Positions 51,678 through 62,391 of a DNA stretch of 64,000 bases are shown here, one piece after another. Under the pieces are notes generated by a model. It did no database searches. It was given only the letters and a program-made list of their open reading frames with translations, and was not told the origin of the DNA. This stretch comes from Octopus sinensis (Eukaryota): positions 120,714,001-120,778,000 of the forward strand of contig NC_042998.1 of the NCBI RefSeq assembly GCF_006345805.1, given 5' to 3'. The translations under genes and the position numbers were made by a program. Position 1 is the first letter of the stretch; each line of letters begins with the position of its first letter.

Positions 51678-52330
51678 TAACAGCCCAGAATATACCCCTG
51701 CCCAGTCTATACCTGGGGCTAGTCTGGGCTAACCCAGACTATACCCACTCCTGACAGCCAGCCCAGAATATACCACTGTCCAGACTATACCCCATGCATG
51801 CAGACAAATAGCACAGATGTACCTCACTCGTAAAAGTTGCCTCAGAACATATATAAAATTTGATATCAATCGGTGAAGAATTAAAAGTTACATGTAAATT
51901 TCAATTTAAACATAGCAATTTAGAATTATCAAATGCAAATATTCAATGTACCAATATAAACCCAATGTATAGGTAGATTGGAAAAAACTGATGACTTGTG
52001 CATGCTGCATAGTGCACCTGTAATGTGAGTCAGCCTCGACATGCGCAAATGTGGCCATTCATGTTGGATTTATATAAGTACATTTTAAAGTATTTTGCAT
52101 TTATAATTCCAAATTGCTATGATTGCTATGCTTAAATTCAAATTTACATATAACTTTTAATTCTTCATCAAGTGATATCAAATTTTATATATGTTCTGAG
52201 GCAACTTTTATAAGTGAGATACATCTGTGTTATTTGCATTCAAGTATGGGGTATATTCTGGCCTGGTTGTCTGGAGTGGGTATAGTCTGGGCCAGCCCAG
52301 ACTAGCCTCAGGTATAATCTGTGCTGTTAT
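51678..52330. mobile_element. Foldback-type MITE with ~260-290 bp inverted arms and CCAGA(C/A)TATACC subterminal repeats
   Basis: ~51678-51965 is the reverse complement of ~52075-52330; a third partial arm lies at 51248-51322. Confidence 0.75.
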
Positions 52331-53819
52331 ACCACCAATTTTCAATCTTGTTGCACCCATACCCCTGCACTGATCAATAAAGCCGCAGAAAGATGCCTGC
52401 ATTCAAGCACGTGTGTGTATGCCCTGCACGCATCACCTCAATTGCATTCTATGTTTTTTAACACATAAATTAGGGGTTCTGTGTAGTGCATGCATGTTCA
52501 ATTTTGCTTTTAGATAAATATTTTAAGTTTGTGTTATTGCATTAAATGCATATTGAATGCTTAAAACTACAAAAGACGTGTTGTTTACTCTTTCTTTTTT
52601 TGTTAACCTGGAAGATAGTACCCACACTCAACAAGTGGACAGTACATGGGTCTCTGTGAAGCAAGGTAATAAACGACGATGGGCACTCACCGTTCTATTC
52701 AGATATGAAAATTGTGACTTGTTTGAGAAATTGATTGAATGAATTTCTAACTTATGTTTTTAATTTTAAAAATATTTTGTAATGTGTTGCTTATTGCATG
52801 CTTAAATGTTTGTTTTTTAAGCATATTTTGTTCACTTTTTTATTTTCATACATCATCATTTAACGTCCACTTTCCATGCTAGCATGGGTCGGATGATTTG
52901 ACTGAGGACTGGCGAACCAGATGGCTGCACCAGGCTCCAATCTGATCTGGCAGAGTTTCTACAGCTGGATGCTCTTCCTAATGCCAACCACCCCAAGAGT
53001 GTAGTGGGTACTGGCAACAGCCATGCTCAAAATGGTGTTTTTTACGTGGCAGAATCATTAATGTGTTGGTACTTAGTGCTATTTCTTTCAGCTCTTTATG
53101 CTCTGAGTTCAAATTCTGTCATTATCAACTTCACCTTTCATACTTTTGGGTTGAATGAAATAGCACATTAGTCAAATACTGGGGTCATTTTGTGTAATAT
53201 AACACTTTCCTTTCATAAGTCCCAAGTTACTCTCACAGTTGAAAAAAAATTGGTGATGTGTATCTTTTATCATGTATGAATTCCAGGAAAAATGTTTTGT
53301 GTATCATATGTGATACACAGAACAGATAAAGGGTTAAAACAGCAGAGACTTGATTTGGAAGAGATTTAGTTGTTATCTCTAGCTAGTGGAATAACTATGC
53401 ATTGACATCCTCATTATTTTGAATAGGTATCAATAATAATGGGATGATTTGAACAACTCTGTGACCTGTCACTGCTATAAATTTGTAACCTTTTTACCTA
53501 AAGCTAAAACAAATTTTGTGAGGGAGTAGTGTTGATTTGTGCCTCAGTATATGTATTATTATTGACCAGAATATGAATGGCAAAGTTAGCACACAGCAGG
53601 ATCTGTACTCAGAATAGGGAAGTAACAAATTAGCTTCTCTAAAACTAGTCAGTGTTGTAGGCAAGGATTTGACTAAATCAGGGATGCACGATGTGGGTCA
53701 TATGATCCACAAATTTTTTAATGTACCACAATGACATGTATATTTTGGAAAAAGTTGTTTGAATATTAAATATTGAGTTATCAAATTGTTAGATCAGGTG
53801 ATGAAAGTTACGGAGAGAG

Positions 53820-55540
53820 TCATAGCCTAACTAATTAGGGAGAGAGCGTAGATGAGATGCAGTTTGTTTTTGTGCCAAGGAAAAGCACCACTGATGCTAT
53901 ATTTCTGGTAAGGCAACTGCAGGAGAAATACTTAACCAAATATAAACCTCTGTCCTTGGCTTTTGTTGACTTGGAGAAAGCCTTTGACAGGGTTCCCCCC
54001 ATCTTTTATCTGGTGGTCAATGTGAAAACTAAGGATAGACGAGTGGTTTGTGAGAGCTGTACAGGTCTTGTACAGGGATGCTACCAGTAAGGTGAGGGTT
54101 GGCAATGAGTACAGCAAAGAATTCAGGGTACAAGTAGAAGTTTACCAAGGATCAGTTCCCAGCCCCACCATGTTCACCATAGTCCACCAGGCAATAAGTG
54201 GGGAATTTAAGACAGGCTGCCTCTGGGAGCTCGTCTATGCTGATGATCTTGCTCTTATAGCTGAATCACTACAAAAACTAAAGAAGTCCTAGGTATGGAA
54301 GCAATGTATAGAATCAACAGGCCTTAGAGCTAACCTAGCAAAAACCAAAGTTACTAAGTAGGAAGGTTAGACAAATCATAAATCCCTTCAGATAGATTGC
54401 AGTGCTCGGTCTATAGAAAAGGCGTAGGTAGAAACTCCATATGATGCATCTAGTGTAAGCTTTGGACACATAAAAGGTGCAGCAATATCAGAGGAAGGTT
54501 AACAGAGAAAATAGCTTTTGATTGTGGAAGATACAAAGGTGCAATAAACAGTGAAAATGTACAGAAAATAGAGTGCATCAACTGCACTCCATTATGCAGG
54601 TGACCAAGTTAGTAGGGGAGGTAGATGCTTTGAGAGTGTAGCTGTGAGTATAAGAATAGGCTGGGCAAAGTTCAGAGAGCTCCTACCTCTGCTGACAACA
54701 AAGGGCCTCTCCTTCAGAGTGAAAGTCTGATTGCATGGTGCTTGTGTGCGAACAGCTATGCTACATGGCAGTGAAACATGGCTCTGACAGCCAACGACAT
54801 GCATAGGTTTGAAAGAAATGAAGTCAGTATGCTTTGCTGGATGTGCAATGTCAGGGTGCATGTTTGACAGAGTGTAGGCATCAGATGTGGTGTGCAAGAG
54901 TGACAACTGCACTGGTATGATCATTGTGATGCATATGGATGAGGACAGCTGTGTAAAGAAGTGCTGATCTATGTGGAGTGAACTTGTAGTAGAAGTAGAC
55001 CAAGGAAGACATGGGACACAGTGGTGAAATATGACCTTCAAACTTTGGTCCTCACAGAGGTAATGACTAGTAACCGAGATCTTTGGCAATGTGCTGTGCT
55101 TGAGAAGATCTGTCAAGCCAAGTGAAATCGTGGTCATAGCTGATGCTGGTATCACATAACTGGCACCTGTGCTGGTGGCATGTAAAAGCACCTTTCGAGC
55201 ACTAGGCCTCACGGAGGCAAAGTGGCTGAGCTCCTTTTAAGTGTTGGGCCTCACAGAGGCAACGACTGAGACCTTTGGCAACATGTCATGCTTGAGAAAG
55301 AGACCCATCAAGCCAAGCAAAATTGCACTCATGGCAGATATAGGTGTCATGCAAATGGCATGCATGCCAGTGGCACATAAAAGCACCCATTACATTCTTG
55401 GAGTGGTTGGTGCTAGGAAGGGCATCCAGCTGTAGAAACCATGCCAGATTAGACTGGAGTCTAGTACAGCCTTCCAGCCCCAGTCAAACCGTCCAATCTA
55501 TATCAGCATGGACAACGGACGTTAAATGATGATGATGATC
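53820..55540 (+). mobile_element. 5'-truncated RTE-clade LINE
   Basis: MQF.FVP.KSTTDAIF.VRQLQEK, FVDLEKAFDRV, YQGS..SP, LVYADDL, Cys-rich insert, (GAT)n tail. Confidence 0.9.
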
Positions 55541-56006
55541 ACAAGTTTTCACAATTACATTATTTAATTTTTTCATATATACTTCATTTGATATTTTCCC
55601 TACCTTTAGATATGCAGCTAGTACTTTTCTTATATTATTCATATATGTGATAGAAACAGAAGGTATGCAGGGAGTACAGTGAATATATATCAATTCTATT
55701 TCCAGTCCATTTAGTCTGCTTTATTATTAATAATCCTTTGTCAAGTTTCTCGTAAAATAAATTTACTAGTTTGATTTACCACAATAAAGTGTCACGTTTT
55801 CTTCTATTCCCATAATGAAAACGTGTAGGTAATGCTAATGCTATGCTATATGTAGAATATTGGGACGAATATCCCTCAGATAGAAAAAAACCGAAGCCTT
55901 TTGAATCCCACTATCAAAATGATATATTTTATATCTCTCAAAAATTCCAAGAAAATCAAGAAAAATTTGAAAATGTAAACAACATAAAATAGATTAATTT
56001 ATAATA

Positions 56007-56402
56007 TCTTTATATATAAAAGTGAAGTTGTGTGTCTGTCTCCTACGATTTAGATTCCTAACTACTCCCACATTTTGTGGTGCAGTTTAACCAAAACCGG
56101 TATCTTATAGTCGTGATTCATATCGAGCCCTTCTGGGTATTAGTGCGCGTCTAAGATGAGTCTACGATTTAAAAAAAAATTTACCATCATTTTTTTCCAT
56201 TTTAATGCATTTTTTCGCTATTATATAAGGGAAGTAACTCTCTAAAAATGTCTACGATGAGTCAACGATTTAAAAAAAATTTACCATAATTTTTTTTCCC
56301 ATTTTTAATGCATTTTTTGCTATTTTTTGGCTATAACTCTCTGAAAATGCTTATATAGTTATTTCCCTTACAAACCCGAGCAACGCCGGGCGATACTGCT
56401 AG
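56007..56402 (+). mobile_element. Non-autonomous Helitron with internal duplication
   Basis: a|TC...cccgagcaacgccgggcgatactgCTAG|t. Confidence 0.85.
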
Positions 56403-57473
56403 TACTTAATACAGTAAGAGTAGCTCAGTATTCTGGTTGGATAAATGGAAGTTAAGGACACTGGAGTGACCACTGGAAGGTTTTGTGAAAGATGAAGTAA
56501 ATTAATGTTAAGTTAGGTTGAGTGTGGTTGTGTGTAAGGGTCAGATGTATTTTTGATGTAAACATTTTTGCCATCAGGAATCTTTGCTTTAATATATAAA
56601 AAGCACAACAAAGGTACTTTCACAGTTTGTTAGAAACAAAGTCCCTTATTTGTCATGTATTAACCAGTAACTTGTTTTAATTCTTTACTAAGTTTAGTCT
56701 TGTGAACAGCCTAAGAAGAACATGACTAGCCACCACAATAAAACTATAATGCAAAAGTTCCCATCCTGGGGTGCACCCCTAGGATATAAGATGGCACTTC
56801 AGTGGGTGCGACTAAGAGGTAAAGTAGATGCTTTATCAAAAATGCTTTGCAAAATAAAATTATTTATTAATTTTTAAAAAATTGCTTCGTTCTATAAGAT
56901 ACACTAAGAACTTCAATAGCACTGCATATGGTTGAAAAATAAAAACAAAACTTAGTTGTTAGAAAAATTGACTTTACATCTTCCTATGTAATGTCACATT
57001 TGTAAGGGGACGCGAAAATTAAAACATTTCCTAAGTATGAGGGGCATAAAAAAAAGTTTGCGAATCATTCTATAAAGCATTCGTCCGTGTCGGACTCACA
57101 TTGGATGCTTTACAATCACTTGGTGACTGACGTTTTCGTTATTAAACTGGATCCACCAAATATTTCTTGATTTATATTCATAATATACAAAACATGACTA
57201 TGAACTTAGTATCGAATGTTAATCGAAAAGAGTTTGAAAGATTCACATCCTACTTGTAGGACTCACTAAGATACACATCATGCAGGAGGATACCTTCAGA
57301 GATGTTCCAAAGAATTTGTCACAAAAAATATTGCAAACAAACACATTTTTCAAGGAAAACTATCTTTAGTTTTTTATCTCTAGATGATGCGTGTCATCAA
57401 TCAAATGTATTGTTGGCATTATAAATGTGGAAGTTAAGATATTTGAGTACCGACTGTAAGAGCTGTCGTGAGA

Positions 57474-58634
57474 TCATCTTAAATTTCTTTCAACTACTTG
57501 TATTTCAAAACTCGGCTGATGTAACTTTCTGCAACAAAATGAATACGTTTTCGTCATCAACAAACAAAACTATATTTTTTGAAAATAGTATGATTAAAAT
57601 TTGAAATACTTAGGGTCTGGAAGAGATTTAACAAGATCCCTGCCATGATGTGCGGAAAGCATTTTATTGAAAATTCAATTCAAATCAGTGTAATTAATGA
57701 AATTGATTATTTAAATATATAACAACCGTTTTGTCATTTGTGTAAAAAAAAAAATTTTTTTTAATTATAAAACTCACTTTTCACTCATGAAATCACATTC
57801 ATATTGGACTTGTAAACACCTACTTCTTACATTTTCATAAGGTCCCGGTAACAAAGAACCCTCCTTGTTCGCCAGTGTTCAGTAAAACTGTAGCTTTGTG
57901 TGTCGACGAAAGCTTTTCAGTCCTGGTTGCAGCTAATACAAATATTACTTCATTAGCTGTTTTTTACCTTTGGGAGAGGTATGTATAGCACAACTTCACA
58001 TCGTCCTTTTCGGCTTTCCCCTCTTACGTGTGATAGCGATGTTTTTAGTAGCAATAGTGAAACAACGTCATTCAAAGCGCAGTTCAAATCCAGCTGTTGC
58101 TGTTTGAGAGGAGTAGTAGCAGTTGAAGCAATATCAGCAGCAACAGTAGCTATCGCCGTAGTATTAGTAGTAAATTATTAAAATTAAACCTCTACCTACA
58201 CGCCTCTTATTTCATTTTAATATTTATTTATGAATCATCATTTCAATCATCTTCAACATTATATCGAAGGAGAGAGGAATTCATAAGGCAATTTACATGT
58301 GAATAGAAAAGCAGAGGTCGATGGTGTATTTAGAAACAACGAACCTTAGTTATGAGTAAAAACATAAGATGAAAAATATGCCAGCTTCATTGAGTTGACT
58401 AACACCTCTCTGTGTATCGACATAGTGTATTGAAACCAACGTTAAGATATATATATATATTTTTCATACACACAATATCTCTTTATTTATTTAATCAATT
58501 AACTACCAATTTATAGAAAATAATCGAAATTTACCTTGGGGGATACTGATACTACTCTCTTTGGATATTCTAAGCACGTACCTACCTACCTTCGTGTTCC
58601 TGTGTATGTTTATTTTATACATAACACTGGTCTT
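57474..58634 (-). other. Tentative small-intron multi-exon gene/pseudogene
   Basis: Candidate exons 58634-58535, 58149-57968, ?-57778, 57639-57610 and 57528-57474, with GT/AG boundaries and mostly compatible phases. No recognised domain. Confidence 0.25.
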
Positions 58635-59803
58635 CTGCGATACATTATTCTAAATATTTAACGGTAAGTGAACATGTCTATTTTATTTAATCTTCAGTGC
58701 TTCTTGTATATATATTTTTAAATATTTAATAACTGCCATATTTAAGATTCGGGAAGGGTTCAGTGAAGTCGTACGCACACATATATATATAATCACGCAC
58801 ACACAATGTATGGGGTTGACAGCATACACACATAAAATATATAGCGTGTGGCGTGATACTGTGGAGGATCGATCGTAAAGCATGCATTGTGAATAACTTA
58901 CCCTCACTATCCTTATGGAAGCTATTCGTTTGTAAAATGTTTTGTATTGCCATGTGTTTCTGAAGGTTACCCTCTTAAGTCCTTTTTCTATATTTAGCTA
59001 AACTAATAAAAATTATTTACCCGCTCTTGTAATGCTTCTATTTCTGGTTAACAAAGGAACGTTTATGCTGTGGTTCGAATTGCTAGAAATACCAGCCACA
59101 TTTCTCTGAAATTACGCGTTTTAAAGAGAAAAATGTGATACCTTGGATAATGTAGTTCTAGATAACTGTACGATAATGATGTGATGCTCATGGTCGGAAT
59201 GTTTCCTGTCATAGTTCAGCTAAATCGAATCTAACCGGTTTAAACAAATAACTTAGCATCTACCTCTAAAACCGTCTCTTTAAAGACGTACCACCAATCC
59301 TCTATCCTTTAAATTTCATCACCCTCATCTATTCTCCCGCTTTACTTCTCGCGTATATTATATTTGTCCTGTCCTCTACTTTCTATATCGACTTAACATG
59401 CTCGGAATTCTAGCCTTAAATCTGCCTTTTGCCTTAACATTTATATTTCTCTTTTATTTCATTTTCTGGTGTTTGTTGAAAGCGAAGTTGTCAACATCCG
59501 TGTAAGTAGATTTAAATACGTCCTCGTTATCTTCATGACTATGGTACACGTTTCATTGACCATGTTTGCGTGTTCGGCCTTCGTTGTCAGAGATGACCAA
59601 GACTCGGGTTTTTGAATTAGACGCCCAATAATTCATAGGATATTTCTCTTCGTTCTTTTACTATTCCTGCATCAACAATGGAAATTAAGATTCTGAAAAA
59701 TTCTATTTTGCTTTCAAAATTTCAATTTCCACTCCGATATTCTTTAATTTCTAATTTGCACGTTCTCTCTCTGCGTGCGTGTGCATCTATCTATTAAATT
59801 GTT

Positions 59804-59965
59804 TGTTATGGCCGGTCATGGAGTGACCATTGGTTTTGCTCTTATAAAGCGCTCAGCTGCATAGGCTACATGACACTGAAATTCATTTGAGTCTGACGAG
59901 TAGCCTATGCAGTTAAGTGCTTTATAGGTGCGAAACCAATGGTCACTCGCTGACCGGCCATAACA
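59804..59965. repeat. Imperfect inverted repeat (66 bp arms, 30 nt spacer)
   Basis: 59804-59869 pairs with 59900-59965. Confidence 0.9.
59889..59948 (+). ncRNA. Canonical-core type I hammerhead ribozyme motif, GUC cleavage site after 59944
   Basis: GAGT-CTGACGA-G(tagcctat...ataggtg)C-GAAA-CC(aat)GG-T-C-ACTC; all conserved core nucleotides present. Confidence 0.75.
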
Positions 59966-60044
59966 GATCTTTTAAATATATTACTGCTCAAATGTTATAG
60001 TGTGCTTCTTTTTCGGATACGTGAACTAGACACATACACACACA

Positions 60045-60105
<61 letters not shown>

Positions 60106-62314
60106 AACACACACACGCGCGTTATTGTCTTAATTTGCAATTATACAGGCTAAATTAATTTAACATTTTATTTTATAAATTCTAGTGCTGTGAATTATTT
60201 TGTGATAACTATTAACACATACCGTGTGTGTATGTATGTATGTATGTATATATATATATATAATGGTTTTTGGCGCACTAAAGAACGCACAAACTATTCC
60301 AAGAACGCCTTCAGTATTTCGATTTAGTTTTTAATGCATCCATTTTCCTGAATTTTGGGGGTTTTTTTATTCCCTTTTCATGCTACTTTTCGCAAACTGA
60401 TATTTTTTTTGTTATTGCATTCTATTGAAACCTCTTATTTTGTTAACTAAAATGTTTGTAATAACTGGACATTCCTTCAATTGTATTCCTGTTTAATAAC
60501 AATTCCTGCCAGTTCCACCTTTGACATGTAACGGGTCAGTAGTTTTCACTCATTTGAAAGTTATCAGGGGTTTCCTAGTAGAATTCTTTCATCATGACTT
60601 GCTGTCGTTTCCTTATATGTAATTATAGATACAGTATTACTGCGTAAGTTGCTGCTATTTTTACCGGTTTACTAGAGGAAACCCCCAGCCTCCGTACGAA
60701 TATCTTCTGTTGCCAATGAACATAAAAGAAGCAGCAGTAGTTGTTTGTTTGGAAAATCGTTTGTTTCATTCCTAATAATAATGACTTCGTGGCTATTTGA
60801 ATAGTCTTTTGAGTTTACAATATTGTTCTCTAGGTGCAAACTATTTCATTAGTAATGTGAATAATTCTTCATACGTTATTTCTGGAGACACTCCACTAAC
60901 GTCACAAATGCCCTTGAGAAAATCCTAAATATATCGTCTTGGTTCTCCTCCTCCTCCTATTTCATAGGGTTTATACTTATGCAAGAAATAATTCTTTTGA
61001 ATGATATTGATTTTTGTAGCTTTCGGAAATTGGTGTCTTTCGTTGTAATCATTATCTATATAACTAATCTTCGGTAAATTATGGGGCAGAATTGTTTTCT
61101 TTTTTATATAAATTAAAATTCCCGACGCGTTTTCTTGTTCTAACAGATTCCAATTTAATATAATGGTTTCTTCTGCTAATTATACCAGAATATTCAAGGT
61201 TGAACAGTAGTACATGGTACTATAAAATTTGACTTCGAAACAAATCTTGTTCATTCTTACCTGCTGCATACTGCTCATCTTTTTCTCTGATTATTTTATG
61301 TTCAACCTTTCTTCTCGCAAGTTCCTGTGTTTTACTTTAAAACAGTAATTATATATTTGTAAGAAAATATTTGAAAATGTACACTTTGAAAGGCTTTTAT
61401 CACTCTTACCTTTGAATGTCCAGTTTTTACTTTTAAAATTGTTGCCTTTCAGGTAATCATATACTTTTAAGTTTAATTATTCAAAACCCATGAAAGTAAA
61501 AGTAGAAAAAATGAACCGGTCATCTTCTATACTTAAAACCTTTGCTAAGTATGTGGTTCTATTCCCTCCTTTTCCCTCTCTTTTCAATGGACCCCGTATA
61601 CTGTAAAGGTCGACGGGAAGAGCATCCAGCCATAGAATACTCAATAAATCTCGCCCAACCCATGCCAGCATAGAGTGCAGTTACGGTTATCTGGTCGAGA
61701 AGTTCAATCGTTCTGTATTGGTCCTACTGTGTCACATCTTCTATGGCTACCGGTCGACTAAAGCCTTGTGAGTGGACTTTTTGAACTGAAACTGAAAGAA
61801 GTCCGCCGTGTGTGTTTTTGTTTCTTTGTCTTGACATCATGTTAACGGTTGTAAACAAGTGTCACTGTCGTAAGTGATTAGATCATCTGTGAAAACCTGC
61901 TGTTATGAAGGTTGGTAACATGAGTATCCAACTGTAGAAAATCTTCCTCGCGAATTCCGTCTGATCCATGCAAACAAGGAAAAGTAGACGATAAAGACAC
62001 TCCATATATTTCTTCAAAGACAATAGAATGTGATCAAATTTGGTTATTTCTAGCTAGACAAGTGACTGTATAGTCTCTCCTGTTGGCTTGTTGGCCTGTC
62101 CCTGTGTAGGTAAGTGGGATGTCTTAACTACATAATGCTATATGTATTAAAGTTGACACCTGTAATAATTTGTTGTGAATGAACCTATTTAGCCTCATCT
62201 ATACACTCACCCTTCAATATCACCAAAGTATTCTCCACACCTGGGTTTTGTTGATGGATTCATAAACTAGAAATTTTTTAATTTTTCACTCTACCTTTTT
62301 TCTTTTCAGCTATA

Positions 62315-62391
62315 ATGGGTGATACAGATGTTATTGTGACTAAATACACCAATAACAATGGAATGGAACTGGATGCCAAACAACCAGCTGT
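62315..62391 (+). CDS. Probable first coding exon of an unidentified host gene (MGDTDVIVTKYTNNNGMELDAKQPA-V), continuing beyond the window
   Basis: Acceptor ccttttttcttttcAG at 62308-62309, ATG at 62315, open frame, donor GTAAGT at 62392 (phase 2); not repeat-like. Confidence 0.6.

Larger units (their letters stand above)
56900..61900. promoter_or_regulatory. CpG-retaining zone, putative unmethylated promoter region
   Basis: By eye, CpG is frequent in non-TE sequence here and rare in 62.3-64 kb and in old sequence to the left. Strong donors occur on both strands (58664 +, 58901 -). Not quantified. Confidence 0.45.

Noticed and set aside
57879-57881. In-frame TGA as selenocysteine in the tentative minus-strand gene
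   Set aside because: Requires a 35 nt intron, and I see no SECIS; the gene model itself is unverified.
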